A stretch of 64,000 bases of DNA from Octopus sinensis (taxonomy: Eukaryota): NCBI RefSeq assembly GCF_006345805.1, contig NC_043001.1:24118001-24182000 (forward strand). Reading direction: 5' to 3'. This document shows, in pieces, positions 26,829-40,450 of the stretch. A program made the position numbers and the translations under genes. Below the pieces are notes generated by a model that saw only the letters and a list, made by a program, of their open reading frames with translations, ran no database searches and was not told the DNA's origin. How positions within the stretch are numbered: the first letter of the stretch is position 1; each line of letters begins with the position of its first letter.

Positions 26829-27106
26829 AAGAACGCGAGAATTGGCAGAAAGCCTCAACCTATCAAAATCCGTTGTTCATGAGCACGTGGTAAAGCTTGG
26901 GTAATGGCAAGTATTTATCGACCTTTTTCTTTCCTTTAAAAATCGGCACGAGCTTTCCAGACAACCCAATATATTTATTATTCTTGGACAAGTAATTTTT
27001 TCTTGTCAGAAGACAGTGCACCTCATCACGTCTCCAGCTTTCATCAACAAAGGAAGTAAAGCAGCTAATAACTCAAATTGGATTTTAATTTTTTTTAAAA
27101 TATCTC

Positions 27107-27525
27107 GGATCTTTTCGGTTTGAACGGCAGTTTTTAACATAATTTCTAGGTAACTAAACACTTTTAAACTTCGTATACTGGTAGAATGTGTTTATAAAAC
27201 ATCTTTTTCTCTTGGCTTTATTGAGAAAATTCTATAGTTTATAAGATATTTGTTGTTTTTTCTTCAATTTCTGCAATTTCAATCAATCAATGATGTCTAT
27301 TGAGGTAAAAAAAAACATTCTGTGCCGTATGAATATGTCCCTCGTTTAAGAAACAGATTGGGTTTATTTACATTTGTGAAGAAAAAAAAGATACCCTTCC
27401 CCCCACCCCTAACCCTAACCCTAAAACAGATTGAAATGCAGTAGATCGATACTAGGGTCATAAATATGGGTGACAATTTCATATGACACTGCTACAAAAA
27501 ACTGCCGTTCAAACCGAAAAGATCC
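27107..27525. mobile_element. Non-autonomous TIR element, superfamily unassigned, with internal (TTAGGG)3
   Basis: TIR GGATCTTTTCGGTTTGAACGGCAGTTTTT at both ends; no clear TSD. Confidence 0.8.
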
Positions 27526-27703
27526 TGATATGTTTGTGCTGTTAGCTATAATGATTGGTTGTGGACCTGTAAATTTTGTTTGGGGGCACATTGGAGCAGC
27601 TAAGGTAGACTCAATCCAAATGTGACCACTGCTGCTCCTCTGCACTGATCATCACTATCACGAATCCAAGCTATTGAAGTTGGTGCCTCTTCCTGCCTGC
27701 ACA

Positions 27704-28597
27704 CGAGGTCTGATCAATAAGTATCCGGACTATTGCCATAGTAATGAAGCTAAACTCCGCAGAGTAAAGTTGCACGACAAAGATTGACCTTGATCTCTGT
27801 TATGCATGAGCACTAAGTTTTAACGTTCTAGCTCACTTCCGCTGTTTACAGCAGTGCTTGGAAGGAAGGTGTGTAGCGTGTGATCGTCACGTTGACCGTG
27901 ACAGAGAAAGTTACCTTGGCGATACCTGCGCAGAGGTCTACGCAAAGTTGCAGAAAGTGAATGGAGAGGGGTGTATGAGCCGCACACAAGTGTTCGAGTG
28001 GTTCAGACGTTTCCAAGATGGCCGACAAAATGTCGATATTGACAAACGTTCTGGGAGCCTCGCAACCAGCAGAACTGAGAAAAACGTCGCAGATGTGCGT
28101 GCAGCTGTGAGGGGAAATTGTAGAATCATCAACTGTGAGTTATCAGAGGATGTGCAGACTAGTTACCGTTCAGTTCAGTCCATTATCACTAAAGATTTTG
28201 GTATGAGATGCGTGTCTGCCAAGTTTGTGCCAAAACTGCTTTCAGCTGACCAAAAAGACACACGAGTTTCAATTGCGCAAGATCTCCTTGATTACGTCAT
28301 GAACGATGAAAACTTTTTTAAAACTTTGCGTAGGCACCTGAGCAGGTATCGCCATGCCTTTGGCAAAATTTGATTCAGATTCTCTGCTCAACTTTCTCTG
28401 ACATGGTCAATGCAACGATCACACGCTACACACCGTCTGCCAAGCAGTGCTGTAAAGAGCAGAAGTAAGCTAAAATATTAAAACTTAGTGTGCATAGACA
28501 GCAGAGATCAAGGTTAGTTTGTACCAAGTGGTCTTACCCTGCATGCTTTAGCTTCGTTACTATGGCAACAGTCCGGATACTTATTGATCAGACCACG
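27704..28597 (+). mobile_element. Mariner deletion derivative with long inverted ends
   Basis: TIR cg(a/t)ggtctgatcaataagtatccggact, inverted similarity extends about 190 bp; ORF 27858..28373 is the transposase N-terminal HTH region to the FVPKLL linker (WVPHEL-like); no DDD domain. Confidence 0.9.
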
Positions 28598-29358
28598 TAT
28601 GTTTTCTAGGTGTATCTGGACTAAGATAGAGAAGGAAGCAGCATCTTTTGGATATCTTTGTAGTGATGTTTTGACTTGATGTAGATGTGTCTGTTTGTCT
28701 GGGGGGTGATTAAGCATAGTCTTGTCATTATTTAACCCCAACTCAGCCTTGATCAAATATGGCTATGAAACAGCATAGGAAAGAAAAAAGTAAAAACAAA
28801 ATGAAACAGCCACAATTACATGACTGAATTAGCCAGTCTGATAAAAACTAAAGATAACCTCAGACTAAACAAAATCCACCAAAAAACACAGAAACAAAAC
28901 ACAATACAAAAAAAAATAATGATAAAATGCAACAAAGAAAATATACTAAAGAAAAATAATTTATAAACTTTTTTTTGTTTTATTCTACTAAAAAGAAAAT
29001 AAATATATATATGAATAAAAATAAAATCATAATATTTTTTCCAAATGATGATGAGTCAGATAACATGTTATGTTGTTTGGAAGCCACTGGAGACTTCACC
29101 TCTATATATATGTATGTTGAAAAATCCAACTTTCTCTGCTGTTGTCATGGAAGTATTTCAGCATTGCAATCTAAAAAGTCTTTAATTTTACAGTGTTTCT
29201 GCTGTAATACTTTTACGTGAAGCCTATTTACAGTTGGATTGACTGATTGCCATGAACACAGTAATGCACTGGTCTATAAGATGCAAGCATTTACCTGTAG
29301 GCTATCTGCATCCACATTTCTACTTACATGCACAATATGCTTGTATATATATATATAT

Positions 29359-29735
29359 AGGTGTAGGAGTGGCTGTGTGGTAAGTAGCTTGCTTACCAAC
29401 CACATGGTTCCGGGTTCGATCCCACTGTGTGGCACCTTGGGCAAGTGTCTTCTACTATAGCCTTGTGAGTGAATTTGGTAGACAGAAACTGAAAAAAGCC
29501 CATCGTATGTATATATATATATGTGTGTGTGTGTCTCTGTGTTTGTCCCCGCAACATCGCTTGATGGCAGATTCTGGTGTGGTTGTGTCCCCGTAACTTA
29601 GAGGCAAAAGAGACCGATAGAATAAGTACCAGGCTTACAAAGAATAAGTCCTGGGGTTGATATGCTTGACTAAAGGCAGTGCTCCAGCATGACCACAGTC
29701 AAATGATTGAAACAAGTAAAAGAGTAAAATAGTAT
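29359..29735 (+). mobile_element. SINE family A
   Basis: Head, internal microsatellite and tail present. Confidence 0.9.
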
Positions 29736-30617
29736 ATATATATTACGAAGGCATGAAGGCTTTAATTGAAGAGAGAGAGTAAATAAGAATTTTTAATGTT
29801 TATACAAAAGGCCTTTTAAAAAAAAATGTTATTTACATCATCACGGTCATCAACATCATTGTCACCGTCATCGTCCTCCTCCTCACCATCATCATCATCA
29901 TCGTTGTTGTTGTTGTCTTTCGTTTTAATGTCCACTCTGCAATGTTTGCAATGGTCAGATGAGGCATATTTATAATGCTCTTCTTGTTGTCAACCTTCCT
30001 CTGTTTCCAAGTAAGCTAACGTTTTCCTGTGGCTGGAAAACGTTTTCATGGAATATTAGAAATGAATGACAATACCCCTTGTACATTATTGAGACCCATT
30101 TACTACTACAATGCGATGCCAAGTCAAAGAGTCACAAACACACCCACACACATATGCACATCTTTAAATTTATATACATGACAGGCTCCTTTCAGTTTCT
30201 ATCTACCAAATCCACATGCAAGATTGGTTGACCTGGAGATATAGCAGAAAGTACTTACCCAAGGTGCCATGAAGTGGGACTGAACTATAAACCCTGTGTT
30301 TGGGATGTAAATTTTCTTAACCACTCAGTCAAGCTTGTATTCATTCATGCCAATGTCTGTACCTTTTATTTCATTTTTAAAATTTCCCTGCTATAGAGAA
30401 AAAGATAATCTTCAACCTACACAGAAGGCTTTCATTGGAATCTAGAGACTGCTTAGCGAGTTATATGTATATGCATGCATGTATGCATATATGTATGTTT
30501 GTATGCATGTAGGTGTGTATATATGTGCGTTCTCCTATTTTTAGTCATTTGTAGTCCTCCTGTAGGGAAGATTTATGATAATTAAAAACATAGATGAGAC
30601 ATACATACATACATATG

Positions 30618-30651
<34 letters not shown>

Positions 30652-31499
30652 CATGCATGCATACCTACATACATTCATACATACATACATGTTTGCATGT
30701 ATACACGTACATACATATTTACGTGCATACATACATACATACATACATACATACATACATACATACAGATTACAAGTTCAGGTTTATACCTGTAAGTATT
30801 GGGATACTGGGATATGTAACCAGAAAGGAGAAAGCTGATTCAAAGACTACTGATCCAATCCATCACTGGAACTGTAAAACTCTCCAGTCGTTTATCATTT
30901 AAGTATATATGAGCATGTTTAAATATGCAAATATATGCTTGAGAAGACATACATAACACAAAACATACAAATCTGCACGTATACATGCATACAAAAATAC
31001 ACTGTTGTTGATGTTGAAATTCCAATGAAGGAGCCTTGGATCTAGGTTAGAAACTGACTCTTTCTCTATTGGTAAGAAATCTTGAAATAAAATTGAATAA
31101 TGACATACAAACATATATGCATACATACATAGGTGCATGCATACATGCATGCATACATATATACATCATACCTGCATATATACATACATATATGCATGCA
31201 TACATACATATGTACATACATACATATATACATACTTACACACACATACACATACATACATACATACATACATACATACATACATACATACATACATACA
31301 TACATACATACATACATGCATACATACATACATACATGCATACATACATGCATACATACATGCATACATACATGCATACACATATACATATATGCATGCA
31401 TGCATACATATATACACACATACATACACATACATACATGCACATACATACATACATACATGCATACATTGTTTGTAGTATTGTTGAATAGAGTTTTTC

Positions 31500-31990
31500 A
31501 ATGTTCACGGGAGAAAGATTTGTGTCAGTTGTTATTTCTTATCTCTCCTCAAGTTCATTAGCTGTCATAATGTTTTAGTTTTGTGATTATAGATTAGATT
31601 GTGACAGGTTTTTGGTTTTGCTTTCTGCTGGAGATATTTTCAGGTTGTGTCTTCTATGATATTAAAACAGATTTGAGGTTACAGCCGCCCTCCTTACCTA
31701 GAGAATATAATCAATCTATATTCCCCAATGACATTGAAATTTCCAGTAAACCAGAGTGTTTTGTGAATTCTTATTCCCATCTTATTAACTTATTGTGACC
31801 AGTTAAGTATTCCAAATCTAGGTGTTAGGAAAGATACAGCAAATATTTTGAAAGCAATGTTTGTTGTGGGTTGAGATTCCTATGGTTCATATTTTCTGTA
31901 CTCTTTTGAGATAGTCATTCATTTCTTGTTTCCCCACTCTGCTACCTCCTTCATCATACCTGAAATCCTCATCCAGTCCAAGGAGCTTGA
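31500..31990 (-). mobile_element. Decayed R4/Dong-like LINE fragment (post-RT region)
   Basis: Remnants LLGLDED..DYLKRVQKI and KEGGCNL (R.EGGRGL-like). Confidence 0.45.
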
Positions 31991-31995
31991 AAAGC

Positions 31996-32395
31996 AGCGA
32001 GCTGGCAGAAACGTTAGCACGCCGGGCGAAATGCTTTGCGGTATTTCGTCTGAAGCTATGTTCTGAGTTCAAATTCCGCCGAGGTCGACTTTGCCTTTCA
32101 TTCTTTCGGGGTCAATTAAATAAGTACTAGTTATTCACTGGGGTCGATGTAATTGACTTAATCCGTTTGTCTGTCCTTGTTTGTCCCCTCTGTGTTTAGC
32201 CCCTTGTGGGTAGTAAAGAAATAGGTATTTCGTCTGAGTTCAAATTCCTTAGTGGTCGACTTCACCTTTCATCCTTTCGGGGTCAATTAAATAAGTACCA
32301 GTTACGCACTGGGGTTGATATAATCAACTTAATCCATTTGTCTGTCCTTGTTTGTCACCTCTGTGTGTAGCTCCTTGTGGGTAGTAAACAAATAA
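31996..32395 (+). mobile_element. SINE family B, dimeric copy
   Basis: Same aaagaaata|ggtatttc junction at about 32223. Confidence 0.85.
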
Positions 32396-32688
32396 GGAGC
32401 TTGAATTTCTCACCCTAATGTAAAGGCTGCACTATTAAGTCATTCATATTGAGTTTTAGTATGTATGAATGTCTCATCTATTTTTTAATTGTATAAATCT
32501 TCTACTGAGGAGGGACCCAGTTTCCAACAAAGATACAAAGCTCCATCTTTGGGATGTAGTTAACACAGACATATTCACATTTGGAACTTGAGAAATGTCT
32601 TGCATATTTTTACTTGTATGTATGTATGTATGTATGCATGCTTGCATGAATGTATGTATGTATGTATGTATGTATGTATGTATGTATG

Positions 32689-32719
<31 letters not shown>

Positions 32720-34093
32720 GTATGTATGTATGTATGTATGTGGGTATGTATTTATATAGTTATGCATGTCTGTCTATTTAGACATGTCTCTATATATTTA
32801 GAATGTATTTATACATGCATGAATGCATATATGTAGTTATGTTTGTGTTTATGCATGTCTGTATGTATGTATTTATATATGTATTTACATATGTCTACAA
32901 TGTATGTATGTGCATGTGCGTATGTATGAATGTATGCATTTATGCATGTAGGTGTGCTAGTTGTAAATATTTATGTCTCGCATGTAAGTATGTCTTATGT
33001 ATGTATGTATGTATGTATGTATGTATGTATGTATGTATGTATGTATGTATGTGTGTATGTGTAATTGTGTGTATATAACTATGCTGTGTATATGTTTCTA
33101 CATTTAATTGGAAACAAATATGATGATAAATTCAATGCAGCTGCAAAGTATATATAAAATATCTGAGCCAATTATTGTAAATATGCTTTTAATATTATAC
33201 TATAACACATTCTATTAATAGCAACATAAACGAGTAACCATCTACCATTTCCTGCAACTGTTCTATTCTTAGCTTACCAAATGATGATGAAGATTGGTTT
33301 GAACTGTTTCTGCAGGCTCTATCATATACGTTAATTACTATTTTCACAGTGGGTGGTTATCTTACAAAACCTCAGTGCAGAAATCTGAGGGTCTGGTGGC
33401 TGAAAGTTCTCTTCTAAACTGTTCTACAATTAAATAACGTGGTAAACTATGTCAGCTATAATTCTGCTGAGATTTTTATATTCTTTGTCTGCTGAGTAGG
33501 ACACGACCCTCAGTGGTAAACATACCAGACTGTTTGACATCTAAATCAAGATATTGTGTCTCAATTTGCTTTTATGTCTCTGTTTTAAGCGTAAACCGTT
33601 TGTATTTAATTATGAAATTATAATCATGACCATTTCGAGATGATTATTTGAGACTAATTATTATTACTATTTTTTTAAAACTAATTATAATTTAGTTGTA
33701 TTTTAAAAATTAAAGAAAAACTTTCTTAATTGGATTAACAATAATTTCTTGACAAAGATGTCTTTTTTCACAAACCACTTGTTTTCTAAAATCATCATCA
33801 TGATCATCATCATTTTAATGTCCAATTTTCTATGCAAGCATGGTTCAGATGGAATTTATTGAAGCAAATTTTTATGGCTAGATACCTTTCCTGTCAGCAA
33901 CTCTTCATTGTTTCTAAGGAAGCTAATATTCCCCCATGGCAAGACATATTTTTGCAGAAAATTAAAAATAAATGACACTGTTTATATGTCAGTGACCTTC
34001 ATTTACAATCCTCATGTCGTGTCATGACACAGAGACACAGACCTACACACTCATAGACACCTATGTACATACATGTATACATATGTATATATG

Positions 34094-34139
<46 letters not shown>

Positions 34140-34166
34140 ATAAAGATAGTTATGGCTGGTCTTTGG

Positions 34167-34227
34167 AGGTTACCCAGGGTTTCACATCTATAAAGCACTT
34201 ACCTTTACAGAAAATCTCATCAGACCT
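34167..34227 (-). ncRNA. Type I hammerhead ribozyme with canonical core, in hairpin 34136-34258
   Basis: aggt-CUGAUGA-..ctgtaaag/ctttatag..-GAAA-ccctg-GUA-acct; outer stems gttatggctg/cagccataac and tttgataaa/tttatcaaa. Confidence 0.75.
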
Positions 34228-34592
34228 TAAGGCTATCATCAGCCATAACTTTATCAAACAATTCTACTGTTCTCGTGGCTTCTTAATCACACATCCACAC
34301 TTGTGCCTATTCTTCAATAAACATTTCTGTTTGTTTTTCATATCAATTCCAAATACTTAATCAGTAGGAGTGGCTGTGTGGTAAGTAGCTTGCTTACCAA
34401 CCACATGGATTCCAGCTTCAGTCCCACTGTGTGGCACCTTGGGCAAGTATCTTCTACTATAGCCTCGGGCCGACCAAAGCCTTGAGTGGATTTGGTAGAC
34501 GGAAACTGAAAGAAGCCTGTTGTATATATATATATATATATTATATATATATATATATATATTTGATAAAGATAGTTATGGCTGGTCTTTGG

Positions 34593-34653
34593 AGGTTACC
34601 CAGGGTTTCACATCTATAAAGCACTTACCTTTACAGAAAATCTCATCAGACCT
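34593..34653 (-). ncRNA. Identical second hammerhead copy, 426 bp downstream
   Basis: Part of the tandem duplication 34136-34522 / 34562-34948. Confidence 0.75.
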
Positions 34654-34789
34654 TAAGGCTATCATCAGCCATAACTTTATCAAACAATTCTACTGTTCTC
34701 GTGGCTTCTTAATCACACATCCACACTTGTGCCTATTCTTCAATAAACATTTCTGTTTGTTTTTCATATCAATTCCAAATACTTAATCA

Positions 34790-34948
34790 GTAGGAGTGGC
34801 TGTGTGGTAAGTAGCTTGCTTACCAACCACATGGATTCCAGGTTCAGTCCCACTGTGTGGCACCTTGGGCAAGTATCTTCTACTATAGCCTCGGGCCGAC
34901 CAAAGCCTTGAGTGGATTTGGTAGACGGAAACTGAAAGAAGCCTGTTG

Positions 34949-34981
<33 letters not shown>

Positions 34982-35225
34982 GTGTGTGTGTGTGTGTGCT
35001 GTGTGTGTACGTGTATGTGTATGTTTGTGTGTCTGTGTTTGTCCCCCCAACATCACTTGACAACCGATGCTGGTGTGTTTATGTCCCCATCACTTAGTGG
35101 TTCGGCAAGAGAGACCGATAGAATAAGTACTAGGCTTACAAAAAATAAGTCCCAGGGTCAATTTGCTCGACTAAAGGCGGTGCTCCAGCATGGCTGCAGT
35201 CAAATGACTGAAACAAATAAAAGAA
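34790..35225 (+). mobile_element. SINE family A, full-length (head duplicated at 34365-34522)
   Basis: Match to family A. Confidence 0.9.
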
Positions 35226-36209
35226 AAGAAAAGAAAAGAAAGAAAGAAAGATTTCCATTCATATCATAAGCTCTACTAGTTTAGATTTTGAATAAATCTT
35301 TCTTGAAGTCGGGATTGTTATGAAACTATAACTCATAAGGTTAATGATAAAATGGCACCTTAGGCAAGTGCCTTCTATCATAGCCTCGGGCAAGCCAAAC
35401 CCTTGTGAGTGGATTTGGTAGATGGGAACTGAAAAGAGGCCCATCGTGTGTGTGTGTATTTGCAGCAGTGTTTGTCTCACACATAACTTAGTGCTTCTGC
35501 AAAGCTGACTTTAAAAAAAGTACTAGTGTCAATTCATTTGGCTAAAATTTTTCAAGGTGGTGCCCCAGCATGGCCGCATTCTAGTAAAAGAATATCTATA
35601 TATCCCAGTATCTACAGTTTCACCAGAGCAAACCTTCAGTAAGTGGCCAGTTGAAAATGAAAGTAATTCAAGGAAATATTTGTAAGTGATCAGGTAATTT
35701 AAATTAACTGAATTAACAGCATTAGTGCCATCTTAAATTTACTTCCGCCTCTGCTTGATTCAGGCATAACACACACATTCATAAACATTAACACACACAT
35801 GGACACACATATCATGTACATTTAAATAACTCTACAGCGTTGCTAAGTAACTACATCCAATAAATCTTTACAATTGAGATTGTCATGCTCCCATGTTGTG
35901 ATTGAGTCAACGTTGTCTTTCATATTTACAACCAACATATAAAATGTATAACAAATGCATTAAACATCAATTGTAACATGACGCCTATAGTGATTTAGGC
36001 ATTCAGCTTGTTTTAGCCATCAATGTCAGGGTCATACTGGAGCACTGCCTTTAGAGTTGATTGTTCTCTGTCATCTTTGTGCATGTCCAGAAACCAACGC
36101 TTTCGTTAATTTTTAAAAGTTTATGTGACATCTCCAGCTGGTGGAAGCTTCTCTACTTTTGTTGTAGCCTCTTAGAGATGGCTGTTCTAGTATTTCACAG
36201 ATAAAGATG

Positions 36210-36433
36210 TCATCATCAGCATCGTTTAACGTCCGTTTTCCATGCTAGCATGGGTTGGACGGTTCGACCGCGGTCTGGGAAGCCAGGAGGCTGCACCAGG
36301 CTCCAGTCTGATCTGGCAGTGTTTCTACAGCTGGATGCCCTTCCTAATGCCACCGGCACAGGTGCCAGGCAAGGCTGGCAATGGCCACGATCAGTTGGTG
36401 CTTTTTACGTGCCACCGGCACAGAAGCCAGTTC
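36210..36433 (-). mobile_element. SINE family D (RTE-type tail ending in (TGA)n)
   Basis: ttaggaagggcatccagctgtagaaac motif and (cat)n end; copies near 42405-42944, 43748-44028, 44257-44408, 48893-49220, 58366-58645, 61190-61400. Confidence 0.75.
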
Positions 36434-37394
36434 ATTTTTTAAAGTTTATGTGACATCTCCAGCTGTTCTAGTATATCACAGATAAATATATCTACATAAT
36501 TTTAAAAAGTTTTGGAGGAAACTTCAGTTACATTTTGTAATCCTTTCATAAAGCAGTTGTACAACTGCAATTTGCAGGCAACTAAATGTAAAACTGTTGC
36601 ATATATCAGATCCCAGGCATGACTTGGTGTTCAATATGATGCCAGGCCTCAAAGAAGCATGACATATGCAAGGTGCCAGATCTGTGAACCGTGTCAGACT
36701 ATTTGGTCAATTACCTCACTACCTGAGGTTTATTTATTCAAAACTGTCAACATCCTGTCATTATTTTGCACCCTGCTTTTAAAGCCTACATCAATCTAAA
36801 AGTTAGATTTATTAATTTCAGAATGATCAACATTTAAACGAATAAAATGATCAACTTTAATAAAAAAAAAAAAAGAAGAAGAATCATCTCTGCAATCAAA
36901 ATTTCTATATAATAAATTCAATGTCTTTGACAATCAACTTGCCTGAGACTGCCTCTGGTTCTATCTTACAAAAACTGCCTGTTTTTAAGATTTCACATTT
37001 AAATTAAAATATTCCGTCGTAATTTTACATAAGAATCTTTTGTGAAATTATTTTCCAAAATCAAAGAAGTTAGTTATTTTACTAAATCCCTTCAAGTTCT
37101 TGATTGCTTTGAAAACAAAAGCAGAAAAATAGGATCATGAAAAGCAGAGTTAATTGAAATGTGTTGTTTTGTACTTCTTTTGGAGAAACCCTCATCTTGA
37201 TACGCATTAATATTATTTTAGTATTGTTTATTTTAAAATGTCTAGCATTTCTCTACTCAAATAGCTAAATATTACTTGGTAGACTAATGATATTTGTCAA
37301 CATTTCTCCAGCCTGTAGCAAAGCTGTTCAGATCACTCATTGAAAATAAGATTGTAACTGAAATGAATATTTTTCCTTTTTTTTCATTTTCCTC

Positions 37395-37762
37395 TAGTTT
37401 TAGCTCATGAGCTGTGGCCATGCTGGAGCACCGTCATTCGATGTTGCTACATGATTTTACTTCATGAATGCTTTTTAGCAATTTACATTTGGTGCATGAG
37501 AGAGTTTGATGCAGCTGCCCTCATCTGCACCTCCTGCCGTGAAGTTGGTTCCTCTGGAACACCTGACAGGAAGAGGTCCAGCTTTATTTTAAAGACATCT
37601 GCATCCACCCCATGCAGGTCTCTCGGGACCTTCGGGAGGATATTGAAGAGCTGTAGGCCTCTGAAGCCCAGGCTATCACAGTATCTTGTCCTACATCTTG
37701 ATGGCAAATTTGGAGTCTTTGGATATCTTGTCCTACATCTTGATGGCAAATTTGGAGTCCTT
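37395..37762 (-). mobile_element. CR1-like LINE 3' fragment with a 39-bp tandem duplication at its 5' break
   Basis: SLGFRGLQLFNILPK...FKIKLDLFLSGVPEEP...AASNSL. Confidence 0.75.
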
Positions 37763-38094
37763 GAATATCTTGCATTTTGTCTATAAAATAGTTAAATATT
37801 TTAACTTAGGTAACTGCTTAAACAAAAAGGTTACAGAGTACTATCTTTTTCTCAAAAATAATTATTTGTGAAAATGAAAAACATCTTTTGCTATAATTTT
37901 ATTGGTATTCGCTTGTGATTGAGAAATAATAATTTATATCTTCTATATGTCTACAGCCATCTAACTTGCATTCAGAGAACCTTTTAAAATAATATTGTTG
38001 TGCATATTTTTCTTATGTTGAGGTATTTATTTTTAAAAGAATGATTTCATTTTATTATAATTTTATTGTTATTGATTTTGATGAAATTAATTCA

Positions 38095-38285
38095 GTCATC
38101 ATTATCATCATCAACCTCATTGTCATTGTTATCATCACCATCGTTATCATCATCACCATTATCATCTCCATCATCATCACCATCATCATCATCACCACCA
38201 TCATCATCATCACCACCATCATCATCATCACCACCATCATCATCATCACCACCATCATCATCATCACCACTACCACCATGATCAG
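38095..38285. repeat. (CAT/CAC)n trinucleotide repeat
   Basis: Direct reading. Confidence 0.9.
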
Positions 38286-38942
38286 CATAAACAATAACAA
38301 CAACAAACCTCCACTAAATCTTGCTTTACTCTTTCTTCTAAAACCACCACCACCACCACCATCACAACTGCCATGTGCACCATTATAAAGAAAAAACAAG
38401 AAGCTAAAAGTTAAAAAAACTGGATCTGTCAGTATATATATAATATGCTACACGTATTTTTAGATATATATACTTTTTTTGTGAGTAACACTTTAGCATT
38501 AAAAGCTGTTGAATTTGTTCCAGTTTATAAGATTCACTTTCTAAATCATTCGACACAAGCCAGAGTCATGCTGTTTACTTTTTTTGTATTTGTCTCAAAA
38601 TGCTTAATGAAGCAGTTTGAAGTCTTCTAAATTAAGCAACAGCATTTCTACTTTGTTGCTATAACGACGTCTCTGCTTAGTTGTTCTGTTTGCCTTTTGT
38701 ATTCGAAAGTTCCTTCTTAATACTTAACTAGTCTTATTTTATGTATAATAAAATGCAATGGGTTTCGCTTTGGTTATGCTGGCAGAGGGAAACTAACACG
38801 ACAAACAGAGTGAGAGTGGGTGATAGTCAGACACGCTCATTGCAGATGAAGTGTAGTCAGAGGTTTTACTCTGATGTCAGTGTTCAAATTTTTATCATAA
38901 ATAATATTTACTTTTACAATTTCACACAGATATATATATAAA

Positions 38943-39290
38943 TACTAGCAGTATCACCCGGTGTTGCTTGGGTTTGTTTCGACCCTTTAGAATTAGAATT
39001 TTTGAAAAGTAAAAATTTTGCATTATGCAACTTGTTATTCTCTTCAAGTGAACATTTTTCCAGTTGAAATACACCGAAAAATGGTGACACAGCAGTCAAA
39101 AGTCGTAAAAAATAGGGATTTTCATAGAAAAAAAAGCACCTTTTCGATGTAAATAATTTTTGGTGTTAACATGGTCCGATTTGAATTTTATCTTCTACAG
39201 AATGAAGAGCAAGCCTTCTTCTATCATACTCTCAATTTTGGTCAACTTCTGCTGCAGGGTCTCGAAGGAGATAGTGAGTTTTATATATAT
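38943..39290 (-). mobile_element. Helitron-like non-autonomous element
   Basis: Terminal CTAGT on the minus strand, preceded by hairpin acccaagcaacaccgggt. Confidence 0.55.
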
Positions 39291-39724
39291 AGATATATGA
39301 AATTACATATTACACTCTTTTGTTTTCAAAATATTGTTCTCATAACATTTATATATATATATGCCTACATGTTTGCATCAATATATATCTGCATGTATTA
39401 TACAAGTTAATTATATATTCACAAATCAATAGAAATAAAGAATGCTAGCTCATAAGATCATCAGGACATGGTTGCACCAACAATCAACTCATGTGTATGT
39501 GTGTTTGTTTTACTATCTTCTTGCTTTGACATCAGGTAGTAATTTTAAGCAAGCATCCTTGTCATGCAAGAGGTGTTCTTTGTTTTCAATCTTCCATGTA
39601 ATCATGTCTGAGTGAAATATTATCTCACTTGGAATGTTGGTAACAGGAATAACATCCCAGCTATACGAAATCGCTCTGATCTATGTGAACAAGAAAAATA
39701 GACATTTTCACACACACACACAGA

Positions 39725-39892
39725 AGCGCAGGCGTAGCTGTGTGGTAAGCTTGCTTCTCAGCCACATGGTTCTGGATTCAGTTCGACTGCGTGGCACCTT
39801 GTGCAAGTGCCTTCTACTATAGACTCAGGCTGGACCAAAGCCTTGTGAGTGGATTTGGTAGATGGAAACTGAAAGAAGCCCACTGCATACAT

Positions 39893-39985
<93 letters not shown>

Positions 39986-39993
39986 ATATATAC

Positions 39994-40061
<68 letters not shown>

Positions 40062-40089
40062 CATATATATATATATATATAATACATAT

Positions 40090-40156
<67 letters not shown>

Positions 40157-40160
40157 CATG

Positions 40161-40212
<52 letters not shown>

Positions 40213-40450
40213 ACATATATATATATATATGTATATATATGTGTGTGTGTCTGTGTTTGTTCTCAGCCAATGCTTGACAACCAGTGTTGCAGTGCTGGTG
40301 TGTTCATGTTCCTGAAACTTAGCAGTTCGGCAAGAGAGACCAATAAAGTAAGTTCTAGGCTTACAAAGAATAAGCCCTGGGGTTGATTTGTTTGACTAAA
40401 GGCAGTGTTCCAGCATCGCTGCAGTCAAATGACTGAAACAACTAAATGAA
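39725..40450 (+). mobile_element. SINE family A with about 340-bp expanded internal (TA)n
   Basis: Head and tail flank the TA tract. Confidence 0.8.

Noticed and set aside
34233-34258. miR-2-like mature sequence in the hairpin
   Set aside because: tatcatcagcc breaks the TATCACAGCC seed; the hammerhead explains the hairpin better
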